The notes beneath the pieces were generated by a model, which was not told where the DNA came from, did no database searches, and saw only the letters and a list, made by a program, of their open reading frames with translations. Made by a program: the position numbers and the translations under genes. Shown one piece after another: positions 20,079-28,190 of a stretch of 64,000 nucleotides of DNA (positions are counted from its first letter, which is position 1; every line of letters starts with the position of its first letter). Source of the stretch: Candidatus Campbellbacteria bacterium (GTDB lineage Bacteria > Patescibacteriota > Minisyncoccia > Phycocordibacterales > UBA1006); the NCBI GenBank assembly GCA_002698305.1, contig NZWR01000005.1:66047-130046 (forward strand), read 5' to 3'.

Positions 20079-21539
20079 TTATTCAGATTCTTTTTCTAGC
20101 GGCTTAAGTTCAAGATTAAGTTCATCAAGCTGGGTTTGTGATATTTCAGACGGTGACTCTACCATCGGTTCACGACCTTCTCCGTTTTTAGGGAAGGCAA
20201 TAACTTCTCGAATGGTTTTTTCATTTTGAAGAATCATCATAAGTCGATCAAATCCCCATGCGATTCCACCGTGTGGCGGTGTTCCTGAACCAAGTGCCTT
20301 GAGCATGTGTCCAAAATTTTCTTCAATCTTGTCATCTGAATGACCAAGAATTGAAAGAATTGATCTTAATACCTCTGGGTCATGTGCGCGGACTGAACCA
20401 CCCCCAATTTCATACCCATTTAAAGTAATGTCGTACTGCGCAGCGATAATATCAGCAATATTTTCTTTATTTCTAAGGTTACCTACGTGCTCGGGTTTAG
20501 ACAGTGAGAATGGATTATGGGTGAAAGTCCACTCCCCTTGTGCTTGGGGGTCATCAGAATCTGCTGTTTTCTCAAAGAATGGGAAATCAACAATCCACGC
20601 AAAGGCCAGAAGATTTGGATCGTCTTTATCCTCTCTAATATCTGGTCGATCGTTTCCATATTTTTCCATTGCCTCAGCATACGGAATACGCGGAAACGGA
20701 ACTTGCTGAATACGTTTTTCTGGATAGAGTTCGGTAACAATTTTAATAAGAAGTTCCTCATTCATCTGCATTACCTCTTCTTCGGTTACAAATGACATTT
20801 CAAGATCAAGCTGGGTAAATTCAGGTTGACGGTCACCGCGCAGATCTTCATCACGCATACATCGTGCAAACTGGAAATACCGTTCCATTCCGGATGACAT
20901 CAACAGTTGTTTGTATTGTTGGGGTGACTGAGGCAGCGCATAAAAATTATGTGGAGTTAATCGTGACGGCACAATATAATCCCGGGCTCCTTCTGGTGTT
21001 GATTTGGTAAGCATAGGTGTTTCTAATTCACAGAATCCTTGTTCATCAAGATAATCTCGACACAGCTTAGCGACGTTATGACGCATGCGCATATTTGTCT
21101 GCATCCGTTCTGTTCGCAAGTCTAAATATCGATTTTTAAGTCGCACTTCTTCGTTGGTATCTTGTGTTGATTCGGTAATCTCAAATACTGGTGTTTCTGC
21201 TTTGTTTAGAATTTCAAATCCAGTTATCTCAAGTTCAACATCTTTGATAAAGAAATCTCGAATTCCGGTTTGAGCTTCGTGTTCTTTAAATTCTTTGGCA
21301 TTTTTATCGTTACGTTCGTTAACGATTCCTGTTACCGCTACCACCCACTCTGGGCGAAGTGTTTTTGCGATTTCAAGTACATCAGGTTTACCAAATACAA
21401 CCCCTTGCACCTTCCCTGTTCCATCACGAAAATCAAAAAATGCCATTTTCCCCTGATCACGAGCTACGTCTACCCATCCCTTTATGGTGACTTCATTACC
21501 TAGCTCTTTTCCTAAATTTTTAATTAATGTTCGTTTCAT
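20079..21539 (-). CDS. aspS: Aspartate-tRNA ligase (compact form; possibly non-discriminating)
   Basis: RYLDLR, STPEGARDY, LPQSPQQYKQ, RDEDLRGDRQPEFTQLD, PPHGGIAWGFDR; start ATG 21539. Confidence 0.95.
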   Translation of the reverse strand: MKRTLIKNLGKELGNEVTIKGWVDVARDQGKMAFFDFRDGTGKVQGVVFGKPDVLEIAKTLRPEWVVAVTGIVNERNDKNAKEFKEHEAQTGIRDFFIKDVELEITGFEILNKAETPVFEITESTQDTNEEVRLKNRYLDLRTERMQTNMRMRHNVAKLCRDYLDEQGFCELETPMLTKSTPEGARDYIVPSRLTPHNFYALPQSPQQYKQLLMSSGMERYFQFARCMRDEDLRGDRQPEFTQLDLEMSFVTEEEVMQMNEELLIKIVTELYPEKRIQQVPFPRIPYAEAMEKYGNDRPDIREDKDDPNLLAFAWIVDFPFFEKTADSDDPQAQGEWTFTHNPFSLSKPEHVGNLRNKENIADIIAAQYDITLNGYEIGGGSVRAHDPEVLRSILSILGHSDDKIEENFGHMLKALGSGTPPHGGIAWGFDRLMMILQNEKTIREVIAFPKNGEGREPMVESPSEISQTQLDELNLELKPLEKESE

Positions 21540-21559
21540 TGTGAATTTTTGAAGCAATT

Positions 21560-21698
21560 AAAAAATCGCTTGCATTATATTATTGCTAACAAATGCAGGG
21601 ACGATTGTGATACCGCGGTGCCACCCTGGTTCCCTCTTGTATATTAAGGGCGCTCTTGTGTTAAGTTAAGACCTCGGCTTTGTCAGTGCTTCATTGGT
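21560..21698 (-). promoter_or_regulatory. T-box riboswitch leader of aspS
   Basis: Minus strand AGGGTGGCACCGCG T-box (21614-21627) pairing with CGTCCCT; overlapping terminator AATCG..TGCATT...AATGCA.GCGATT-TTTT; extended -10 at 21705-21713. Confidence 0.85.
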
Positions 21699-21747
21699 AA
21701 GTAAATTGTATCAAAATAGACAAATAAAAAAAGCAGTACGTTCTTTT

Positions 21748-21909
21748 TTATTTCCTGCTTTGGTATTGATCTAGGTGGTCATCCTTATATAATTCATCAA
21801 GCTCATCTTGGGATAAATCAAGCGTGGATTTATGTACCTCTTCATCTTGATTCTCATTTCCATCTTTTTTTGGTCTATCAAAATTTAATTTGAATTGTTC
21901 TCCTTCCAT
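21748..21909 (-). CDS. Small acidic hypothetical protein (53 aa, not in ORF track)
   Basis: MEGEQFKLNFDRPKKDG...QYQSRK*; starts 1 nt after the stop of the 21911-22288 gene. Confidence 0.5.
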   Translation of the reverse strand: MEGEQFKLNFDRPKKDGNENQDEEVHKSTLDLSQDELDELYKDDHLDQYQSRK

Positions 21910-21910
21910 A

Positions 21911-22288
21911 TTACTCTCTTTTTCTAAATGCTAATAATAGTATTCCCCCAACAATCAGTGCCGACACCCCATCTACAATGTTTTCTTTTTGACTATTTTT
22001 GAATCGTACTTTTTCCTCCTCTGTTTTTTCTTCAAGACAGGTAGCTATTTCTTCTTCAGATGCTTGTGCTTCCTTGGAATCCTCCGTGGTATCAGTATCG
22101 ATAGCATAATTAAAATGCTTATACCTACATTGATCTTCTGAGATAAAGCTATACGGACTTGTTTCAAAAAGAGCGAGTTTTAATGATGAGCTAACTGCCA
22201 TTATTCCCCCTACTGATGTGATAATTATCCCTGCAACAAATGCAAGTGAGGGTACCAGACGAGCCATCCAATGTTTTGTATCTGACAT
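21911..22288 (-). CDS. Hypothetical membrane protein
   Basis: Two TMs flanking a loop with two Cys. Confidence 0.7.
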   Translation of the reverse strand: MSDTKHWMARLVPSLAFVAGIIITSVGGIMAVSSSLKLALFETSPYSFISEDQCRYKHFNYAIDTDTTEDSKEAQASEEEIATCLEEKTEEEKVRFKNSQKENIVDGVSALIVGGILLLAFRKRE

Positions 22289-22313
22289 ACTAAAAGTATA
22301 ACAAAAAAGCAGC

Positions 22314-23294
22314 CTAGAGGCCTACTTTCTCTCGTACTTCTTTCATCTTTTCTCTTCCGATAGCTTGAATTTTCGTTCTCCCTTCATCGAGAATTTGTCT
22401 CACAATACCTGGATTATCTTCATAATACTTTCTTTTTGCCCTCATTGGTGTAATAAATGCCAGATAATTTTTAAGAAGCATTTTTTTTGAATCACCGTAC
22501 CCAAGACCACCATCTTCATACCCTTTTTTAATCTCAGAAAGCTCTGGTTCAGGAGTTATTAATCTGTGAAGGGCAAAGACATTACATTCATCTGGGTTCT
22601 TTGGCTCTTCAGGTAGTTTACTATCAGTAACAATACCCATGATTGCTTTTTTAATTTCTGCATCAGTGCCAAACAATGGAATAGTATTTCCATATGATTT
22701 AGACATTTTTTGTCCGTCTGTTCCTGGGACGGTTTGTGTTGACTCTACAACATGTTCTTCTGGTTCACTAAAGGTGTTTCCATAGGTGTTATTGAATTTA
22801 CGTGCTATTTCTCGCGCCATCTCAACATGCTGAATCTGGTCTTTACCAACAGGAACTATTTGACTGTTGGGTAGTAAAATATCTGCAGCCATAAGAACTG
22901 GATAATTGAAAAGCCCTACTGTCGCCTCAATCCCTCTTTCTGATTTATCCTTAAACGCATGAGCCCTTTCAAGCCATGGTACGGTTACGAGGCAATTAAA
23001 CATCCACGTAAGCTCGGTAAGCTCAGGAATATCAGATTGACGATACAGTGTAACTTTTTCAGGGTCAAGACCGATCGCAAGGTAATCAAGGATAAGATTG
23101 TGAATATTTTCTTTAAGAGTTTTTTTGTCTTGGACTGTTGTCATTGCGTGATACTCAGCAACAAAAACATGCAGATTAAATTCATCCTGCATTTCTACAA
23201 ACTGCTTCATGGCACCAAAATAATTACCGATATGTGGTGTACCTGTTGGCTGAATTCCTGAAAGAGCTATTTTTTTGTTATTTTCCTTCATCAT
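22314..23294 (-). CDS. trpS: Tryptophan-tRNA ligase
   Basis: SGIQPTG.PHIGNYFG, YPVLMAADIL, VPVGKDQ, KMSKS; start at 23294 or 23291. Confidence 0.95.
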   Translation of the reverse strand: MMKENNKKIALSGIQPTGTPHIGNYFGAMKQFVEMQDEFNLHVFVAEYHAMTTVQDKKTLKENIHNLILDYLAIGLDPEKVTLYRQSDIPELTELTWMFNCLVTVPWLERAHAFKDKSERGIEATVGLFNYPVLMAADILLPNSQIVPVGKDQIQHVEMAREIARKFNNTYGNTFSEPEEHVVESTQTVPGTDGQKMSKSYGNTIPLFGTDAEIKKAIMGIVTDSKLPEEPKNPDECNVFALHRLITPEPELSEIKKGYEDGGLGYGDSKKMLLKNYLAFITPMRAKRKYYEDNPGIVRQILDEGRTKIQAIGREKMKEVREKVGL

Positions 23295-24153
23295 TGTTAT
23301 TTTTCTGAATGTTATACACAACACGTGTTTGATACGGAATTTCGATTTTATGTTGCTCAAAAGCTTTTTTGAGCCGTTTTCGCATCTCCCCAGCTACAAG
23401 ATACTGCTGTTTTGGATATACCTTACCTAAAATGCGTGCTTTGATTGCGTTATCTGAGAAATCATCAATTCGCAGAAAATGTGGAGCTTCAATAATATGA
23501 TGATTAAATTCAGGGTCATCATATAGTTCCTGCCCTACAGAATCAATAACCTCTTTCAGATGTTCTACTTTGGTGTTATAGCCAACATCAACAATGATAT
23601 CTACCATTGAATAATCCATTGATTTATTTGATGCGACTTTTATTTCACCGTTTGGAATATAGTGAACAGTTCCGTTTAGTTGCCGTAGCTTTGTAACACG
23701 TAAGGTCATTCCCTCAACCGTTCCATAGTGTTCACCAACCTGCACCACGTCCCCAATTCTGAACTGATTTTCAGCTATAATAAAAAGACCGTTGATAATA
23801 TCTTTTACAAGTGATTGTGAACCAAAACCAAGCGCTACTCCTAAAATCCCAGCCCCAGTTAACAGTGGCGCAATAGGGACCCCAAGAGAATCAAGAAGTA
23901 CCAAGAATGCAGCAATCCAAATAAGAATCCCAAAGAAATTTTGTGAGATTTTTATTAGCGTATCCTCTCTTTTTTTCTCTTCTTCTGGTGAAATAAATGA
24001 GCCGCGTGGGATCATTCTGCGTACAATCCGCGTGATGATTGAGTTCATAAAATGCGACACTACCCACGTTACTATAAAAACCAAGAGAACAATCAACGCA
24101 TTCTCAACTAACCACAGTTCAACTGTGGTTATTATGTTTGTTAAACTTTCCAT
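23278..24153 (-). CDS. Small-conductance mechanosensitive channel (MscS family)
   Basis: GAGILGVALGFGSQ, ENQFRIGD, GTVE, IPNG, IEIPY. Confidence 0.92.
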   Translation of the reverse strand: MESLTNIITTVELWLVENALIVLLVFIVTWVVSHFMNSIITRIVRRMIPRGSFISPEEEKKREDTLIKISQNFFGILIWIAAFLVLLDSLGVPIAPLLTGAGILGVALGFGSQSLVKDIINGLFIIAENQFRIGDVVQVGEHYGTVEGMTLRVTKLRQLNGTVHYIPNGEIKVASNKSMDYSMVDIIVDVGYNTKVEHLKEVIDSVGQELYDDPEFNHHIIEAPHFLRIDDFSDNAIKARILGKVYPKQQYLVAGEMRKRLKKAFEQHKIEIPYQTRVVYNIQKNNNDEGK

Positions 24154-24187
24154 AGCCTAAATTGTAACATATTCACGATGAGCAATC

Positions 24188-24955
24188 CTATTGTTGTTGC
24201 CGCTTCCACTCATACATAGCAATTGCTGCAGCTACTGATACATTGAGAGACTCAATAGTATGCTCCATAGGAATAGAAACTATGAAATCAGCGTTATCGC
24301 GAACTTTTTCAGACACCCCCTTCCCTTCAGATCCTACAACAAGCACGGTTGCTGTATCAAATGTATGATTCCAAAGAGAAAGTGGCTTTTTCGCGTGTTC
24401 GTCCATATCAATTGCGGTAACCCAAAACCGTGCCTCCTTAAGTTTGCTAATAGCTTGGTTAATATTAGAAACACGTACTACCGGAACATGTATCAATGCA
24501 CCTGCTGATGTTTTATACACAGTCCCGTTAATAGGTGCTTGTCTGTCTTTTGAGACAATAACACCAGCAACCCCAAGCGCTGCTGCACTGCGCAGAATAG
24601 CCCCAAAATTGTGAGTATCTTCAATATGATCAAGAACAAGAACACATGGATTGCTTTCAGTATCAAGTTGATCAAACCACTTATCAAAATCAACATAATC
24701 TGCCTGCTTTAAAAGAGCGATGACCCCTTGATCGTTAACGTCACCGACGTACTCTTCTATTTTCGCCTTGGTCACTGGGTTAACAGGAATTTTATGATCT
24801 TTAGCATAGGCTTTAAGTTCCTTAAAGTCATTTTCGTATTTTGCCATCGTATTTGATACGAATACGCGCATGACATTATCTGGATTCCGCATAAGTTGTT
24901 CTTCAACTGGCTTTTTACCAAAAATATAAAAATGAGATGTTTTTTTTCGTTTCAT
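24188..24955 (-). CDS. rlmB: 23S rRNA G2251 2'-O-methyltransferase (SpoU/TrmH family)
   Basis: DTHNFGAILRSA, KTSAGA, GSEGKG, ESLNVSVA. Confidence 0.9.
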   Translation of the reverse strand: MKRKKTSHFYIFGKKPVEEQLMRNPDNVMRVFVSNTMAKYENDFKELKAYAKDHKIPVNPVTKAKIEEYVGDVNDQGVIALLKQADYVDFDKWFDQLDTESNPCVLVLDHIEDTHNFGAILRSAAALGVAGVIVSKDRQAPINGTVYKTSAGALIHVPVVRVSNINQAISKLKEARFWVTAIDMDEHAKKPLSLWNHTFDTATVLVVGSEGKGVSEKVRDNADFIVSIPMEHTIESLNVSVAAAIAMYEWKRQQQ

Positions 24956-25008
24956 GGTATGTAGTGTATATGATTTTCTTGTTTTTGGTATAGGAAGCTA
25001 TTAAATAC

Positions 25009-25039
25009 AAAAAAACAATACTCAAGGTATTGTTTTTTG
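25009..25039 (-). terminator. Original host terminator of tRNA-Ala, now displaced to the far element end
   Basis: AAAAAACAATAC/GTATTGTTTTTT hairpin directly 3' of the tRNA fragment. Confidence 0.75.
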
Positions 25040-25090
25040 CGTTTCGAGTGGACCTGACAGGACTCGAACCTGCCACCTCGTCAGTGCAAG
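25040..25090 (-). repeat. att direct repeat: 3' half of tRNA-Ala
   Basis: 51 bp identical to 28220-28270 (CGTTTCGAGTGGACC...TCAGTGCAAG); identity ends at the anticodon loop. Confidence 0.95.
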
Positions 25091-25120
25091 GTTTGTCTAG
25101 AGGCTTATTTGGCTCTCAAA

Positions 25121-25140
25121 CCTTATTTTATAAGGGTTTT
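25121..25140. repeat. Sub-terminal inverted repeat, left copy
   Basis: CCTTATTTTATAAGGGTTTT is the exact reverse complement of 28193-28212. Confidence 0.8.
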
Positions 25141-25318
25141 GGAAAATTCTGAGGTATCTATTTGCCTTATTTTTTACTAGCCCGTCAGGAACCACTTTTC
25201 TCTTGGTATTACAACATTCAATACAGGTTAAATCTGATTAAATATCGACATCATAATTATATCATATTGTCTTCATCTACATTGTAGCTTGATTTAGTAA
25301 CCAGAAGATACTGTCAAT

Positions 25319-25345
25319 AAAAAGACCTGCATTTCTGCAGATCTT
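25319..25345 (-). terminator. Intrinsic terminator of the RT gene
   Basis: Minus strand AAGATCTGC-AGAAAT-GCAGGTCTT-TTT with a G.U pair, 6 nt after the RT stop. Confidence 0.75.
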
Positions 25346-25350
25346 AGATT

Positions 25351-26250
25351 TCACTTAATTTTTGTTTTAAATTCTTGATAAAGCTCTAGAACTTTTTGCT
25401 CAGTTCTATTGAGCTTCCTTCCTTTCGATACAGATAAGAACAATCCCATCTTCCCATGAATTATTTGTGGGCTAATATTAGTTTTCTCTTTAAGTACAAG
25501 ATTTAGTAAACCTCTAATATGAGATAAATAGTGTCTTGGTGTAAATATCACATAAGAGCTACTAGTTTTTCTTAATCCTATACCATTTATTTCTATAGCT
25601 TTTTTATGTAAATCACCAAGATGTGTCTTCTTAATGTTTATCTGGAACTCACCCTCCCTTACGATATTTAAGAGTTTCTTCCTCTTTTTTCTACCAATAG
25701 GAAATTCAGAAGAGAATGTTAAGTCATCTAAGTAACGAGAGTAGGTTATGGAATGCATGTCACAATACTTTCTTAACGATTCATCAATTTTTTTTTCGCA
25801 ATAAATATTAAAGAGTAGAGGAGAAAGTGGTGCTCCTACAACAAGCCCTCCATCTTCACTCATACAATATCGTAGAAAAAATTGCTCTATCATTTCCTCT
25901 TCAATGATTTCTATAAAATACTCTCGAGTAGCTTCTATGAGTAAATCCAATTTAACATTCCCATAAGCGTTAGAAATATCTGTCATAAACCAATATCGTG
26001 GATAAAACGGTTTATGAGATGACTTTGTTTGACGCTTGTGACGCATTAGGTTTCTTTTAGGTGAATTCCCTGGCAAACCACCAGCAGCACTTGGTAAAAT
26101 AATTTCTTGTTTTTTAAACCAGTTCAAAATTTCGTAATGTATTTCTTTCATGGGTTCATTTGGCACCCATATTTTTCTTTTCTTAGTCTGACCACTAATG
26201 TTATTAACATCACTGATATAAACCTTCTGAAATGTGGGTGTTGAATCCAT
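25351..26250 (-). CDS. Reverse transcriptase, retron-like
   Basis: KKRKIWVPN, region-X-like NLMRH, DISNAY, GLVVGAPLSPLLFN, catalytic YSRYLDDLTFS, INIKKT, region-Y-like INGI. Confidence 0.9.
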   Translation of the reverse strand: MDSTPTFQKVYISDVNNISGQTKKRKIWVPNEPMKEIHYEILNWFKKQEIILPSAAGGLPGNSPKRNLMRHKRQTKSSHKPFYPRYWFMTDISNAYGNVKLDLLIEATREYFIEIIEEEMIEQFFLRYCMSEDGGLVVGAPLSPLLFNIYCEKKIDESLRKYCDMHSITYSRYLDDLTFSSEFPIGRKKRKKLLNIVREGEFQINIKKTHLGDLHKKAIEINGIGLRKTSSSYVIFTPRHYLSHIRGLLNLVLKEKTNISPQIIHGKMGLFLSVSKGRKLNRTEQKVLELYQEFKTKIK

Positions 26251-26303
26251 TTTATATAGTTTTAGTTTTTTAAATTAAAACATATATTAATTTATAAGTA
26301 AAT

Positions 26304-26595
26304 AAGCCCACCATGTTCTGGTGGGCTTTGATTCAGTGAGGAAGGTCTGAAGGACGAGTAAGATTCTGAGATGAGGTCGTTTATTATCTCTAATAAGAAA
26401 GAAAAAAGAAAAACGTACTCCTTTTCATAAAAGGTTTCCTTAAGAAAAACCTTATTTTGTCACATGGGTGGCAAAATGATCTCATACCATAACTTATAAA
26501 GCTGGCATTGTGTAGGTAGGAAATAGGGCTCCTCTGCCTTTGTTTCAAACCTTCCTTTGTCCGAGAATCGGACGGTTTATTTTCATTTGGGTTCA
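26304..26595 (-). ncRNA. Putative RT-associated structured ncRNA (msr-msd-like)
   Basis: Lies between a consensus promoter and the RT; 13-bp long-range inverted repeat 26544-26556/26339-26351; several internal hairpins; strong 3' hairpin 26304-26328. Confidence 0.65.
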
Positions 26596-26600
26596 TTATG

Positions 26601-26629
26601 ATTATAACTACTTTCAGTGTTATATGCAA
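26601..26629 (-). promoter_or_regulatory. sigma70 promoter for ncRNA-RT
   Basis: Minus strand TTGCAT-17 nt-TATAAT, about 350 nt upstream of the RT ATG. Confidence 0.75.
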
Positions 26630-26638
26630 TTAATAATT

Positions 26639-27571
26639 TTAAAATGAAAGCTTATCAATATACACCCGCGCATTCTCAGAGCCAATAGATCTCACATACC
26701 GATCCGTCATCGTCACACTGCTGTGCCCAAGTGCTGACTTAATACTCACAATATCTGCATTGTTTTGTGCGAGAGAGGTAGCGAAGGTGTGGCGCAAGCT
26801 ATGAGTAGAAAAAGAAACTCCAGAAAGTGCTTTATACTTTTCTACCCAGGCTTTAAGTCCGTGAGTAGTGAGCCCAGTGTCTTGTTTACTTGAGATAAAT
26901 AGATACGCTGCTTTAGATTTTCGTTTACACAGTAACTTGAAATACGCTCTTAGGGAGAGTGTTAAGAGTGGGTTCATCGGAATATGTCGCCCTCTTCTTG
27001 ATTTAGATGACTGGGCTTTGATAAAAAGGAGCCGCTGGTCGAAATCTATATCAAAGGTTCGAAGGCCAAGTAGTTCCCCTCTTCGTATACCGGTATAGAT
27101 CAGAGTGTAGAAGAGAGCGATATTACGTGCTCGCAAAAAATCATTCTGTGGGTTAGCTAGTGAGATGGTAGCGATTAATGACTCTATTTGCTTTTTAGAG
27201 AGTGCTTTAACGTCACTGTAGTGTGGCTGCTGAGGCTTGGGTACCTTGTTGTAGAGTGTGCCAGGCGTGAGGTATCCTTGATGCTCTAGCCACTTAAAGA
27301 AGGCGTTTAGTTTTGAATGGTAGGTGTAGATGGTTGATCGCTTCACTTCCCTGCTTTCTTCCTGTGCTCTTCGGTGAATACGTTTATGGAACTCGACGAT
27401 GATGCTTGGTGACAGATGGTCTAGTGACTGTACCTCCGGCATTGTTTTGAGAAAGTTCTTCAGTACATCTCGATAGCTTCTGAGGGTTTCTGATTGTAAG
27501 CATCGAGCGAACTGAGCTTCTTGTAAATAGACGTAGCAGTAGTAATTAATTTGGTTTGATGTGTTATTCAT
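26639..27571 (-). CDS. Tyrosine recombinase/integrase (XerC/D-like architecture)
   Basis: N-terminal core-binding domain (TLRSY, STIYTYHSKLNAFFKW); catalytic R (TGIRRGEL), K, HSLRH, LGH, Y (MTDRY). Confidence 0.95.
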   Translation of the reverse strand: MNNTSNQINYYCYVYLQEAQFARCLQSETLRSYRDVLKNFLKTMPEVQSLDHLSPSIIVEFHKRIHRRAQEESREVKRSTIYTYHSKLNAFFKWLEHQGYLTPGTLYNKVPKPQQPHYSDVKALSKKQIESLIATISLANPQNDFLRARNIALFYTLIYTGIRRGELLGLRTFDIDFDQRLLFIKAQSSKSRRGRHIPMNPLLTLSLRAYFKLLCKRKSKAAYLFISSKQDTGLTTHGLKAWVEKYKALSGVSFSTHSLRHTFATSLAQNNADIVSIKSALGHSSVTMTDRYVRSIGSENARVYIDKLSF

Positions 27572-27657
27572 ACCTCTGTAGTGTATGAATAGTTTAGTGG
27601 AAATGAATGAGGGGTTATAGTATCAAACATAGATACAATTTTTGATATACTAGTTTT

Positions 27658-28146
27658 ATGCTGAACTTATTAAAACAAATAGCAGATAAATTTTATATTA
27701 ATCTTTTGAACAAGAATGATTCGGATAGTTTTAAATCTGTCATAAAAGAGTCAACAACAGGTGACATCGCAGGAAGAGATTTATATAAAACTTCCAATAC
27801 AGAAAAACTCTTATCTAATATTGAAAAGAAAATATTGAAAATACTATATCGCGAGTATCAAGATCGGGGTAAAAATGGATTTAAAATACGTAATACCCAC
27901 AGTGAATTAGAAATTGATGATGGTTTTGACTTAACTTGTGTAAATGATAGTGAATACATAAAAACAGAAGGTGATTTTTATAAAATGACACCCCATGGTA
28001 TTAGATATATGGATAATCTTACACCAATAGATTTATCACAAATAATGCTACCGAAGGAGGAGGGAGAAAGGGAATTTATTATGCGGCAACAAAGACAACG
28101 ATTTGAGCAGAACAGAGCGAATTTCAAAAAGAACTCTAGTAGATAA
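27658..28146 (+). CDS. Hypothetical protein with a probable winged-helix domain
   Basis: EKKILKILY...YIKTEGDFYKMTPHGIRYM resembles a wHTH wing; divergent from the integrase; TGATATACT 6 nt before the ATG. Confidence 0.6.
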   Translation: MLNLLKQIADKFYINLLNKNDSDSFKSVIKESTTGDIAGRDLYKTSNTEKLLSNIEKKILKILYREYQDRGKNGFKIRNTHSELEIDDGFDLTCVNDSEYIKTEGDFYKMTPHGIRYMDNLTPIDLSQIMLPKEEGEREFIMRQQRQRFEQNRANFKKNSSR

Positions 28147-28190
28147 AAGACGTGGTGCAAAAAATTGATACTTTCCAAGCTTGAGCAAGC

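Noticed and set aside
25049..25090. Second tRNA-Ala gene
   Set aside because: Only the 3' half is present, with no D-arm or 5' acceptor strand; it is the att duplication.
25351..26250. RT as part of a diversity-generating retroelement
   Set aside because: The motif is GxxxSP, not GxxxSQ; no Avd-like gene; I found no template/variable repeat pair differing at adenines in this window (a remote target cannot be excluded).
25091..26629. RT as a group II intron protein
   Set aside because: Only 299 aa, no maturase or endonuclease domain, no domain V/VI after the stop; a terminator follows instead.
26390..26629. 79-aa ORF (68 aa from ATG 26596) upstream of the RT
   Set aside because: Its listed start lies in the promoter -35, it runs through the hairpins and U tract, and it has no recognisable motif. 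An ncRNA explains the region better, though a leaderless peptide is not fully excluded.
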